From assembly GCA_964531645.1 (NCBI GenBank), contig CAZHEF010000001.1, forward strand, positions 12,484-76,483: a stretch of 64,000 nucleotides of DNA, written 5' to 3'. Each line of letters starts with the position of its first letter. The stretch's first letter is position 1. The DNA comes from an uncultured Clostridia bacterium. Its GTDB lineage: Bacteria > Acidobacteriota > Aminicenantia > JBFLYD01 > JBBIMS01. Under the pieces are notes generated by a model. The model was not told where the DNA came from. It saw only the letters and a list, made by a program, of their open reading frames with translations, and made no database searches. Both the position numbers and the translations under genes were made by a program. Shown piece by piece: positions 1-9,956 of the stretch.

Positions 1-84
1 AGAATCAACATCCTCACCCATTAAAGAAAGATTAAAAAATAAAACCAGAAAAACGAGAGATGATAATATTACAGAGTTTTTCAT
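1..84 (-). CDS. 5' end of a secreted protein (partial, runs off window start)
   Basis: SD AGGAGG then ATG at 84; reads MKNSVILSSLVFLVLFFNLSLMGEDVDS with no stop to base 1; signal-peptide-like. Confidence 0.55.
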   Translation of the reverse strand, partial: MKNSVILSSLVFLVLFFNLSLMGEDVDS

Positions 85-228
85 TTCTCCTCCTTTCATC
101 ATTTCTCTTCAATTTTAAAATTGGATGTTATTCTTGTCAAAGGAATTAATTTCGAAGATTTATTTCAAAAATTAAGAGAGAATCACAGGTAAATTTTATT
201 TGGGGAAGTTGAGACTCTCTATTATTTT

Positions 229-758
229 TTACTTATTTACAATCTCCAGAGAACCCAAAAACCACATCTGCGTCAACTATTAGGTGATTTTCTTCGCTTT
301 TTAACTCCTTTGTTCTGTAAATATATTTACCCATAAATATTGAGTTTTCATCGGGAAATTTTGCCTCAGCAAAAACAGAACCAACTCTTATTTCAGCAGG
401 AATTTGAGGGTTAAGTTTTATGACCCCTGAGCCAAAAACTGTATTCACATAGACTTTAACATTGCCCTTCTCAAGGGATGCTTTGTTAAGGTCAATTTCA
501 CCCCTTCCGAATACAACATTGTATTTTTCATGGGATTTTCCCTCAACTCCCTTTCCTCAAAAACTATTGTTCTCGGAGATCTTTTCCAGCAAACTCCTCC
601 TGCTAGAATGCTTATACCCAGATAAATAAAGAAGAAAGCAATTAGAAGCTGAAAAAATGGAATGTTAATCTTGAGCAAACTTTTGAGGATTATTGATATT
701 CCAAGTAGAATAAGATCGCTCCCCAAAAAACACCGCTGAAAATAAAACAGGTTCTCAT
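229..758 (-). pseudogene. LiaF/DUF2154-like membrane protein with about 3 frameshifts
   Basis: SD GAGGAG and ATG at 758 (MRTCFIFSGVFWG), continuing in shifted frames LILLGISIILK..., SHEKYNVVFGRGEIDLNK...VNTVFGSGVIKLNP, VFGSLEIV; repeated V(V)FG(x)G motifs typical of LiaF C-terminal repeats. Confidence 0.65.
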
Positions 759-1220
759 TTTTTCTCCTCTCTATAAATTAAAAAATAAAATTTTCAGATG
801 TAGTTAAGAATTTGTCTCAGAATTCTTTATGAACAATGGCTCGAGTATTGTCAAGAAAAAAAATGTTTATTGGCAAAAATTATCGATTTCTCTATTTTAA
901 TTTTTGGAATCTACCTTTTTGTCTCTTAAGAAAAGCATCCTTTTTCTCGGGTGCAAAGTTTAGAAAATTTTTCTTATTTTCAAATAGTGCCATTTTATCT
1001 ATAAAGAATTTGTAAATCAGAATTTTGGAAGGCTTAGGTTCTCATAGTGTAGACTTAATTGATTTTTTTCTTAACAACATATAAAATTGAAAATCTATGC
1101 GATTGTGGTCAAAAAAATTTATAGTTAGTTTGATATATGTATCAATCTTTCTTACCTCCTGCATCTGTCCCTCCTTATAAATTAGCAGTTTTCAAATTCA
1201 CTTCAATAAGGAGGGATGTT

Positions 1221-2195
1221 ATGGATATAAAAGAAAATATAACGGAAGCAGTCGGTAACACTCCTATTGTTTATTTGTCAAAGATGAGCAAAATAATATC
1301 ATCAAAAATTTTTGCCAAATTGGAATTTTTTAGCCCTGGAGGAAGTATAAAGGACAGGATGGTTTTTTATACTTTGAAAAAAGCAGAAGAAATGGGGGTT
1401 CTGAAACCCAGTAGCACTATTGTTGAGGCAACATCAGGAAATACAGGCTCTGCAGTTGCTATTTATTCTGCTTTCAAAGGTTATAAAGCTATATTTACTG
1501 TAAGTGATAAAGTTGGAAAGGAAAAAATAGATTTTTTGAAGGCTTTTGGAGCGGAGGTCATTGTATGCCCATCATCCGTTCCTCCCGATTCTCCATTGAG
1601 TCCAATAAATCAGGCAAAAAAAATATGTTCTGAAATCCCGGACTCCTTCTTTCTCAACCAGCATGGAAATCCCCTCAATCCTTCTGCTCACTATTTTAAC
1701 ACGGGCCCTGAAATATGGACCCAAATGGATGGTAAGATAGATATATTCGTTGCTGGAATTGGGACTGGTGGAACAATTTCAGGAGTGGGGAGATTCTTGA
1801 AGGAAAAGAATCTGGGAATAAAAGTAATTGGCGTTGACCCTTTTGGCTCAATTTACTATGAATACTTTAAAAAAGGTAAAATAGGAAAGTTCAAAGATTA
1901 TCATGTTGAGGGAATCGGACAGAATGAAATTTGTGAGACAGTTGATTTTTCTGTGATTGACGATATTATTCAGGTTAAGGACAGGGACGCATTTTTTATG
2001 GCGAGAAAGCTTGCGAGAGAAGAGGGGATATTTGCTGGAGGTTCATCAGGAGCAGTTTTGTGGGCTTCGGTCGAGATCGGTAAGATGGAAAAAGGGAAAA
2101 ACATTGTTATTATATTTCCTGATTCTGGCTTTAAATATCTGGGTAAGATATATAACGAACTCTGGCTGAAAGAGAATAATTTAATGGAAGAGTGA
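1221..2195 (+). CDS. PLP-dependent cysteine synthase / cystathionine beta-synthase family protein
   Basis: VGNTP, KLEFFSPGGSIKDR (PLP lysine), EATSGNTG, GIGTGGT, GGSSGA, PDSG.KYL; SD AGGAGG supports ATG 1221 rather than 1137. Confidence 0.92.
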   Translation: MDIKENITEAVGNTPIVYLSKMSKIISSKIFAKLEFFSPGGSIKDRMVFYTLKKAEEMGVLKPSSTIVEATSGNTGSAVAIYSAFKGYKAIFTVSDKVGKEKIDFLKAFGAEVIVCPSSVPPDSPLSPINQAKKICSEIPDSFFLNQHGNPLNPSAHYFNTGPEIWTQMDGKIDIFVAGIGTGGTISGVGRFLKEKNLGIKVIGVDPFGSIYYEYFKKGKIGKFKDYHVEGIGQNEICETVDFSVIDDIIQVKDRDAFFMARKLAREEGIFAGGSSGAVLWASVEIGKMEKGKNIVIIFPDSGFKYLGKIYNELWLKENNLMEE

Positions 2196-2415
2196 ATTGA
2201 GAATAAAATTTTTAAGGGTAGATTGAAGAGTTGCAGGGATTCAATAAAGATGTGCCATGTAAAAAGATGTAAGTAAAGCTAAAATTGTTCCGACTCTTCA
2301 CTAATATCGAAAAAATATTTTGGCAAGATTCTTATATTTAAATTAATTCAATATTGGCAAGAGAACTGTATTGCAACATATTCTAACAATTAATTTTGCA
2401 AGCAAAATTAGAAAG

Positions 2416-2444
2416 TTGAATCCCACCTTTTTGTTTGATATTAT
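2416..2444 (+). promoter_or_regulatory. sigma-70-type promoter of glmM-pdxJ operon
   Basis: TTGAAT-17 nt-TATTAT with extended TGn, 13 nt before glmM ATG. Confidence 0.5.
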
Positions 2445-2457
2445 ACTTTATTCATCC

Positions 2458-3795
2458 ATGCCAAGATATTTTGGAACAGACGGAATAAGAGGAAGACCAG
2501 GGGAGTTCCCCTTGGATCCGTCTTCACTTTACTGGATTGGTTATACTTTGAGCCAGCTCCTTGGAAGTTTCTTCGACAATGTGAGAATCATTGTTGGAAG
2601 AGACACAAGGGAGTCATCACCTTTTATGGAAAAAACTCTCTGTTCTGGAATAAAGGACGGAGGAGGAGAACCTTTTCTAACAGGTGTTATTCCAACATCA
2701 GCCCTCTCTTTTCTTATAAGGAAATTTGGCTCCGCGGGAGGAATATCAATCTCTGCCTCCCACAATCCTTCTGAAGAAAACGGAATAAAGATATTTGATT
2801 GGAATGGCGTAAAGCTTGAAGAGAGAATAGAAGAGGAGATTGAAAATGAAATAATTAAAAAGGAGAAGGTCACAGCCAAAATTTTCGATTCCTTTGAACT
2901 GGATTATTCGTTACAAAAAGCTTACTTAAATTTTCTAAAATCCCATATTAACTTCCCTGTTCCAAAAAAATTCAGAGTTGTTGTTGATTGTTCCAATGGT
3001 TCAGCCTCATCCATAGCTCCTTTTCTTTTTGAAGAAATTGGACTTGAAGTTATACCAATTCACTCAGAGCCTGATGGAAAAAACATTAATCTAAACTGTG
3101 GCTCTACCCATCCTGATACTCTATCCAAGGCTGTAAAAGAAAACTCTGCTGATTTTGGAGTTGCATACGATGGAGACGCAGACAGGGCAATCTGGAGCGA
3201 TGAAAAGGGGAATATTCTCGATGGCGACCACACTCTTTATCTGATGGGAAAATTTATGAAGGAAAAAGGAGAACTCGCATCGGATTCAATAGTTGCAACA
3301 GTAATGAGTAACCTCGGACTTGAAATTGCTCTTAAGAGAGAAGGTTTAAATCTTGTTCGAACATTTGTTGGTGATAAGAATGTTTACAAAGAAATGGTTA
3401 GAATTGGGGCAAATCTTGGCGGGGAGCAATCCGGACATACAATATTTCTCAACTCCCTTCCGACTGGAGATGGGATTCTTACAACAATAATGCTTCTAAA
3501 TTATATATTTGCCAAGGAAAAGTCATTATCTGAGCTGAGTCAGGGGATAGAGCTTTTCCCTCAGGTAATAAAAAATGTAAAGGTAAGGGAAAAGATTCCA
3601 TTTTCTGAAATTCCTGAACTTTCAAAAGCAATTGAAAATGCGAAAAACAAATTGGGAAGTGAAGGGAGGGTTTTTGTGCGATATTCTGGAACAGAGCTAA
3701 AAATGAGGATAATGGTTGAGGGGAAAGAGGAGAAGGAAATATTAAAAATGGCTGAAGAGTTTGCTGAAATAGTCAAAAGGCATATAGGAGGTTGA
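2458..3795 (+). CDS. glmM: phosphoglucosamine mutase
   Basis: MPRYFGTDGIRG start, ISASHNP phosphoserine motif, DGDADR, GGEQSGH, RYSGTE..RIMVEG. Confidence 0.95.
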   Translation: MPRYFGTDGIRGRPGEFPLDPSSLYWIGYTLSQLLGSFFDNVRIIVGRDTRESSPFMEKTLCSGIKDGGGEPFLTGVIPTSALSFLIRKFGSAGGISISASHNPSEENGIKIFDWNGVKLEERIEEEIENEIIKKEKVTAKIFDSFELDYSLQKAYLNFLKSHINFPVPKKFRVVVDCSNGSASSIAPFLFEEIGLEVIPIHSEPDGKNINLNCGSTHPDTLSKAVKENSADFGVAYDGDADRAIWSDEKGNILDGDHTLYLMGKFMKEKGELASDSIVATVMSNLGLEIALKREGLNLVRTFVGDKNVYKEMVRIGANLGGEQSGHTIFLNSLPTGDGILTTIMLLNYIFAKEKSLSELSQGIELFPQVIKNVKVREKIPFSEIPELSKAIENAKNKLGSEGRVFVRYSGTELKMRIMVEGKEEKEILKMAEEFAEIVKRHIGG

Positions 3796-3797
3796 AA

Positions 3798-4523
3798 ATG
3801 AAACTATCTGTAAATATTGACCATTCAGCAACTTTGAGGCAGGCAAGAAGGGCTCAAGAGCCAGATCCTGTCCAGGTTGCTTTAATAGCGGAGATGGCTG
3901 GAGCATCAGGAATAATAGTTCATTTGAGAGGGGATAGGAGACATATTCAGGAGAGGGATCTTGAAATTTTAAGGAAAATAGTTAAAACGAAGCTAAATCT
4001 TGAAATGGCTTCAACGCAGGAAATGGTTAGAATAGCTTTGAATTATAAGCCCGATGTCTCGACACTTGTTCCTGAGAGGATGGAGGAGGTAACCACAGAG
4101 GGTGGTCTTGATGTTATAACCCATTTTGACCATTTAAAGACAGTTGTAAACCAGTTGAAGACAGGAGAAATTGAGGTGTCGATATTTGTTGACCCTGATG
4201 AGGAGCAGATAAAAGCCTGCCATAGGCTCGGTGTTCCAATAATTGAGATAAACACTGGAAAATATGCGGATGCAAAAATTAACCAGAGAAATGAAGAACT
4301 TTCGAAAATAGAAAGATCCGCAAAACTGGCAAAGAAATTGGGATTAAAAATTGCAGCTGGACATGGTTTAGATTACAGAAATGTTGTTCCAATAATAAAA
4401 ATACCTGAGATTGAGGAACTAAGTATTGGATTCAGCATAATGGCAAGGGCTTTATATGTTGGCGTTCAAAGAGCTGTTAAAGAAATGCTGGAGCTCATAA
4501 GAAATTACAGGCAGACCTTTTGA
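3798..4523 (+). CDS. pdxJ: pyridoxine 5'-phosphate synthase
   Basis: LSVNIDH.ATLRQAR, HLR.DRRHIQ, LVPE...E.TTEGGLD, AGHGLDY, ELSIGFSI. Confidence 0.96.
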   Translation: MKLSVNIDHSATLRQARRAQEPDPVQVALIAEMAGASGIIVHLRGDRRHIQERDLEILRKIVKTKLNLEMASTQEMVRIALNYKPDVSTLVPERMEEVTTEGGLDVITHFDHLKTVVNQLKTGEIEVSIFVDPDEEQIKACHRLGVPIIEINTGKYADAKINQRNEELSKIERSAKLAKKLGLKIAAGHGLDYRNVVPIIKIPEIEELSIGFSIMARALYVGVQRAVKEMLELIRNYRQTF

Positions 4524-6151
4524 GGTTTTTAAAATATTCTCTTTTAGTTTTAATCATTTTAATTTTCACTATAATAATTTACAAACCTTTAGCCTTCAAA
4601 CCATCTCAATCCCTATCAGCCCTTCAGGATCTTACAGGAGCAATACATGTTCACTCAAACCTTTCCGATGGAAGATTACCCCCAGAGAAAATTGCAGAGT
4701 CAGCAAAAAGAAGTGGTCTTGATTTTGTAATTCTCACAGACCATGGGAATCCGAATTTGGAAGTTATAGAAAAGGAAGGAATGATAAACGGGGTCTCAAT
4801 TATCTCTGGCTCTGAACTTTCTCTTTTTGAAGGCGCTTTGCTTGCTGTGGGTGTTAAAAAGCCGTCTTATAAAATCTCTCCTGTGGCTGGAGAGGCAATC
4901 GATGACATAAAGGAGCTTGTTGGTGTTTCAATTTTAGCTCACCCAGAGAAAGATAGAGAAGAATGGAAGAAAATGGACTTGAGAGGGATTGACGGAATGG
5001 AAATCATTGACATTGACGATGAGGTAAGAAAAAGGGGGGGTTTGAGAATTCTTAGAACTCTTCTAACATATCCGCTCAATTCCCGTTATTCCATCGTTAG
5101 CCTTATCGAAAGACCATCAGAACAAATAAAAATCTGGGAAAGAAAACTGGAGAATCAAAAAATCTCAGGCGTTTACGGTCTGAATCTTCACGGCAAGGTA
5201 TGGTTTTTCCCTTTCTCCTATTCCAGGATTTTCAATTTAGCAAAAATACATATACCCATTGATGGGGAAAAACCTGAAAAATTCGAAGATGTGAAGGGAA
5301 TGGTTATGGAAGCTCTTAAAAATGGGAATTTTTTCTCCTCAATTGATGGAGCTGGAGACTCAAGAGGTTTCAGATTTTTTGCTTTATCCAAAGGGAAAAG
5401 GGTTGAAATGGGAGGAATTGCTGAAAAAGAATCTTATCTCCACATGGAACTTCCGTTTAAAACAGAATTTGAAGCAATCCTCTTTAAAGATGGTAAAAAA
5501 ATATTTTCCACTGAAAAGAGAAGAGCTGAGATGAAAATTAATGAAAATGGGGTTTACAGAGTAGAGGTTTATCTAAAGAAGAACCCTGCTCTGAAAAAAG
5601 ATGTTCCGTGGATTCTCTCAAACCCAATATTCTTTGGAGTAAAAGAAGAAATAAAAGAGGAAATAAAAGAGGAAATAAAATGGGAGAAGATTCCGTTCTT
5701 TGATTTGAAAAAACTTGTTCCAGAAAATGACGTAAGCTCTGAAGGAAATATAACTTTTTTAGATGGTCTTCTTGTCTGGAATTATAAACTTGGATTTTCA
5801 TCTCAATCAAGACCTCATGTGTGGTGCGCCCTTGCTCTTAGAGAGAAACTTGCCCTTGAGACATTTAAAGGAATAGGAATAGAAGCAATGGGTTCTCCTC
5901 CAGCAAGGGTCTGGCTCCAGATAAGGGATAGAGAAAACGGAGAAGAAAGATGGTGGAGTATATCTTTGAAGGTCAAAGAAGATTTCAAGGAGCTATTCTG
6001 GAATTTTGAAGAATTCGTGCTTACAGAAGGAAAGGAAGGGAAAATAAATTTAAAGAATTTAGAGGGTATCTTTCTAATTATAGACAAAGGCTCTATGTGG
6101 GAAGGAAGCAAAGGTGAAATAAAAATAAAATCAATTTTTGTAATAAAATAA
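4520..6151 (+). CDS. membrane-anchored PHP-family metallohydrolase with C-terminal CIA30/carbohydrate-binding-like domain
   Basis: N-terminal TM helix; HVHS..SDG, LDFVILTDH, GSE, LAHP PHP metal ligands; Trp-rich beta C-terminus ending G.I.IKSI; C-terminal domain identity is inference. Confidence 0.7.
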   Translation: MRFLKYSLLVLIILIFTIIIYKPLAFKPSQSLSALQDLTGAIHVHSNLSDGRLPPEKIAESAKRSGLDFVILTDHGNPNLEVIEKEGMINGVSIISGSELSLFEGALLAVGVKKPSYKISPVAGEAIDDIKELVGVSILAHPEKDREEWKKMDLRGIDGMEIIDIDDEVRKRGGLRILRTLLTYPLNSRYSIVSLIERPSEQIKIWERKLENQKISGVYGLNLHGKVWFFPFSYSRIFNLAKIHIPIDGEKPEKFEDVKGMVMEALKNGNFFSSIDGAGDSRGFRFFALSKGKRVEMGGIAEKESYLHMELPFKTEFEAILFKDGKKIFSTEKRRAEMKINENGVYRVEVYLKKNPALKKDVPWILSNPIFFGVKEEIKEEIKEEIKWEKIPFFDLKKLVPENDVSSEGNITFLDGLLVWNYKLGFSSQSRPHVWCALALREKLALETFKGIGIEAMGSPPARVWLQIRDRENGEERWWSISLKVKEDFKELFWNFEEFVLTEGKEGKINLKNLEGIFLIIDKGSMWEGSKGEIKIKSIFVIK

Positions 6152-6274
6152 CTTTTTGAACTTTGTTTCATTATTTTGTTTTCTCGGTCATAAACAATAT
6201 TTTTGCTTTTATTTTTCAGGTTGGAAGCAGGGGCATTCCGATATATAATTTTTCATTAAAGTTAGGAGGTAATT

Positions 6275-7405
6275 ATGAGAAGGAGAGAATTTATTGGTTT
6301 TTCTGGATTGATTCTTTCAACACCTCTTTTTCCCTTTGAAAGTTTAAAAGATATTCCGATTTCTTCATCAGGTAAGACTGTGGTAAAGGCTAAGATTTAT
6401 GAAGTTAAGCTTAAACATGCATGGGGACTCTCCAGAGGAACATGGACAACGAGAAGGAATGTTCTTGTGAAAATTGAAAAGGATGATGCGACTGGATTTG
6501 GAGAGGCGGCGCCCATTGCAAGATATAATGAGAGTGCTGAGTCAGCCCTTGCATTTATTGAGAAGGTAAAAGCGATTCTTGAGAAGAATCTGTGGGAGTA
6601 CCATGACCGATGGTATGAGATTGACTCTCTCTCAGAGGGTGAACATGCTGGAAAGTGTGCCCTTGATATGGCAATTTTAGACTGGATTTGCAAAAAACTA
6701 AATGTTCCCCTTTACAGATTTTTAGGTTTGAATAAAAGGAAAACCCTCATCACAACATTTTCCATTGGAATAGATGAGATAAAGGTGATGCAGGAGAAGG
6801 TAAATGAAGCAAAAGATTTTCCAGTTTATAAAATAAAAGTCGGGACAAAGGATGATAGGAAAATAATTGATGGGATAAGGGAGGTTACAGATAAACCTCT
6901 AAGGGTGGATGCCAATGAGGGTTGGAAAACAAAGGAGGAAGCCCTTGAAAATATTAACTGGATGGCTGAAAAAGGCGTTGAATTCATAGAGCAACCTCTA
7001 CCAGCATCAATGCTTGAAGAGCAAGCATGGCTTAAAGAAAGGTCAAAAATTCCAATTTTTGCGGATGAAAGTTTAATGACTGCCTCCGACATTCCAAAAA
7101 TTGCAGGTGCCTTTCACGGGATCAACATAAAATTGATGAAGTGCGGTGGTATTCAGGAAGCTTTGAGAATGGTGACAATGGCTCGAACTTTTGGTCTTAA
7201 AGTTATGTTAGGTTGCATGATTGAGACATCCATTGGAATAACTGCTGGAGCATCAATTTCTCCACTCTTTGATTATGCAGACCTTGATGGGAATCTTCTA
7301 ATTATTAATGACCCGTTCAAAGGAGTTGAGACAGTAAAGGGGAAACTTATTCTTCCTGAAAAACCAGGTCTTGGAATAGAAGTTATTGAACATATTTGGG
7401 ATTGA
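6275..7405 (+). CDS. enolase-superfamily dipeptide epimerase (L-Ala-D/L-Glu epimerase-like) with twin-arginine signal
   Basis: YKIKVG, RVDANEGW, FIEQP, ADES, INIKLMKCGG, GCMIE, DLDG; N-terminus MRRREFIG. Confidence 0.88.
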   Translation: MRRREFIGFSGLILSTPLFPFESLKDIPISSSGKTVVKAKIYEVKLKHAWGLSRGTWTTRRNVLVKIEKDDATGFGEAAPIARYNESAESALAFIEKVKAILEKNLWEYHDRWYEIDSLSEGEHAGKCALDMAILDWICKKLNVPLYRFLGLNKRKTLITTFSIGIDEIKVMQEKVNEAKDFPVYKIKVGTKDDRKIIDGIREVTDKPLRVDANEGWKTKEEALENINWMAEKGVEFIEQPLPASMLEEQAWLKERSKIPIFADESLMTASDIPKIAGAFHGINIKLMKCGGIQEALRMVTMARTFGLKVMLGCMIETSIGITAGASISPLFDYADLDGNLLIINDPFKGVETVKGKLILPEKPGLGIEVIEHIWD

Positions 7406-7444
7406 ATATTTTATCTTGAAAAACCTTCTTAAAAAGTAATTTTC

Positions 7445-8605
7445 ATGATAAAAGCTTTTGATGAAGATTTTGTGGTTGAGGAAGGAGCAGAGATACCCTT
7501 TCATGAAGATGGAGATTTTGGAGTTTATCTTTTGAAAAAAAGGGGTTGGAATACCCTTGACCTTATAAACCATATTGTAAAGTCTTTTAAATTACCTGCC
7601 TCTTCAATTTCTTACGGAGGGCAAAAAGATAGGCATGGAATAACTACCCAGTTTATCACAATAAAAGGAGGGAAGGACTTTAGTACGGAGGGAAAAGATT
7701 TTTCCCTTAAATTAATCGGGTTCTCCAATAGACCAATGGGACCAGACCTTATAACATCCAACTTTTTTAATATAGTTTTAAGAAATATAAAGAATCTGGA
7801 TGAAATTCTGTATAATATTGAAGACATTAGAAAATTTGGTGTTCCAAATTTCTTCGATGACCAGAGATTCAGAAGTTATGACCCTGAAAGGGGATTTTTT
7901 GCAGAGAAAATTTTAAAGAAACATTGGAATGGTGCTTTGCAGGTTTTTTTGACATCAGTGTATCCTGATATGAAAGGGAGTGAGAAGAGAAAAAGGATGG
8001 AGATTTTCAAAAACTGGAGGAATTGGAACAAATGTTTTGAAATTGCAGTGAAAAAAATTGAAAAGAAAATTTTCAAAAATTTAATAGAAGAGAATGACTA
8101 TGTTAAGGCTCTTCATTTAATTCCGAAAGAGGAAGTTTCTATGCTTTACTCATCTTACCAATCCCATCTCTGGAATGAGATTCTAAGAAGGTTATTAAAA
8201 ATAAAAGTTAATGAGATTTATGAGATAAAAGGTATTGAGGGTCCATATTTATTCTGGAAAGAACTTGACAGAGAAACATTTTCATATTTGAGTAATTTAA
8301 AAATACCAACTCCATCCCACAAAATTGAGTTTCAAGATAGCTTGGTAGAGGAGATATACAATGAAGTTCTGCTCGAAAAAGGGCTTAAAAGAAACTCTTT
8401 CAAAGCTTCTGTTCTGAGAAAAGTCTATTTTAGGTCTTTTCCGAGGAAAGCTCTAATAATTCCAGAAAATTTTAAAGTTCTTGAGGAGGGCGACGATGAG
8501 CTCCATAGAGGGAAAAAGAAGATAAAGATTGAATTTTCCCTTCCAAGAGGGAGTTATGCAACAATGGTTACAAAAAGATTGGAGGTAAAATGGAAAAAAG
8601 ATTGA
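7445..8605 (+). CDS. truD: tRNA pseudouridine(13) synthase
   Basis: YGGQKDRHGITTQF catalytic Asp motif, GVPNFFDDQRF, YSSYQSHLWN, FSLPRGSYATMV. Confidence 0.92.
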   Translation: MIKAFDEDFVVEEGAEIPFHEDGDFGVYLLKKRGWNTLDLINHIVKSFKLPASSISYGGQKDRHGITTQFITIKGGKDFSTEGKDFSLKLIGFSNRPMGPDLITSNFFNIVLRNIKNLDEILYNIEDIRKFGVPNFFDDQRFRSYDPERGFFAEKILKKHWNGALQVFLTSVYPDMKGSEKRKRMEIFKNWRNWNKCFEIAVKKIEKKIFKNLIEENDYVKALHLIPKEEVSMLYSSYQSHLWNEILRRLLKIKVNEIYEIKGIEGPYLFWKELDRETFSYLSNLKIPTPSHKIEFQDSLVEEIYNEVLLEKGLKRNSFKASVLRKVYFRSFPRKALIIPENFKVLEEGDDELHRGKKKIKIEFSLPRGSYATMVTKRLEVKWKKD

Positions 8606-8973
8606 GAATTCTATCAATAAGTTTGTGGGCTGGTTCATTTTGGGACTGGCTTGCTTCCATCTTAATACTTTTCTTCCCTTCTACTGTAAAGCTATTTGGA
8701 GTTCCTTACCCTCAAGAAATCACGTATTTCAGATTTGCAGGGTTACTTCTTTTCGTACTTCCATTTTTCTACATTCAGGCAGCTTTAAGACCAGAAAAGG
8801 AGAAGGGAATTATAATAGGAGCAATTATTGCAAGATTCTCTGGCTTTATTTTTCTTGGAGTTCACTATACATTTTTTGGAGCAAAATTTTTATTTTTATT
8901 TTTCGGAATTGTTGACTTAATTTTTGGATTGTGGCATCTTTTATTTTTCATTAAAATTAATAGAAAGGATTAG
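8590..8973 (+). CDS. small 4-TM membrane protein
   Basis: 127 aa with four hydrophobic segments, overlaps truD stop. Confidence 0.75.
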   Translation: MEKRLRILSISLWAGSFWDWLASILILFFPSTVKLFGVPYPQEITYFRFAGLLLFVLPFFYIQAALRPEKEKGIIIGAIIARFSGFIFLGVHYTFFGAKFLFLFFGIVDLIFGLWHLLFFIKINRKD

Positions 8974-8975
8974 AG

Positions 8976-9869
8976 ATGAAAAGGTTAATAAGTTGAGGTA
9001 TTGTTTTACTGATATTCGCATTTTCCCTTTTTTCAGATGAGAGGGATGTTTTGAAAAAGACACGCGAGCTTTACTCCCAGAAGAAATATGAAGAAGCACT
9101 TTCTGAAATTGAAAATGGGATAAAGGAATTTGGGAAGGCAAGGAATCTCTTAAATGCAGAATTTGCCATTCTCATGGAATTGGGAAGGTTCGATTCTGCC
9201 CTTAAAACTGCAATAAAGAAGGATCAAATTTCTGGAAAGAAAAGCCCCTAGAACGCCATGGATATGGTTACAGTTTATCTAAAGCTTAAAATAGAGGACA
9301 AGGCTATTGAATGGCTTGAAGAATCTATAAACAGAGGATTTATTTACTATTCCACGCTCGAGGAGCAAGAATTCGACTCAATAAGGAAGACCCCAAAATT
9401 TCAAAAAGTTCTCTATAAGTTAATGGAAAAAATTGGGATAGGAAAACCAGCAGAAGATTTCACTGTTGAGACAATTTCAGGAAAGAAGTATACTCTCTCA
9501 GAACAAAAGGGTAAGGTTGTTCTTGTCCAGTTCTGGGCAAGCTGGTGTGCTGGGTGCAGGGCTGAGATGCCCAATGTTAAAAAATGCTATGAGGAATTTA
9601 AGGATAAGGGATTTGATGTAATAGGGATAAGCCTTGATTATGAAAAAGAGGATATGATGAAATATCTTGAGAGTGTGGGTGTAAACTGCAACATTTCCTT
9701 CAGCGGAAAGGGATGGGATGATGATACTGCGAAACTTTACGGAGTTAATTCAATACCATCGCTCTGGCTTGTTGATAAAAAAGGGGTTCTTAGATATTTT
9801 GAGTTAAGAGGTGATGACCTGATAAAAGCCATTTCAGAGCTTGTATCAGAAAAAAAAGTTTTAAATTAA
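8976..9869 (+). pseudogene. exported TPR + TlpA/ResA thioredoxin-like protein with two in-frame stops
   Basis: Single frame: MKRLIS*(TGA 8994)GIVLLIFAFSLFS...KKSP*(TAG 9249)NAMDM...FWASWCAGC...IPSLWLVDKKG; CxxC redoxin domain intact. Confidence 0.82.
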
Positions 9870-9956
9870 AATTTAGTAAAGAATGTTCAAAATTTTAAAC
9901 CTCTTTAACCATACCCATTTAACTTTCTTCTTTTACCTTATTCTTAAGGGGGGGTT

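Noticed and set aside
6217-6235. caggttggaagcagggg resembles the SRP RNA helix-8 motif
   Set aside because: It lacks the CCGGAA tetraloop segment and flanking stems; it is just upstream DNA of the epimerase.
8976-9869. Stop-codon reassignment or selenocysteine/pyrrolysine read-through to explain the in-frame TGA and TAG
   Set aside because: TGA and TAG terminate core genes in this window (glmM, pal, ktrB, ssb). The TGA lies in a signal peptide, not at a Cys site, and no SECIS-like hairpin was seen.
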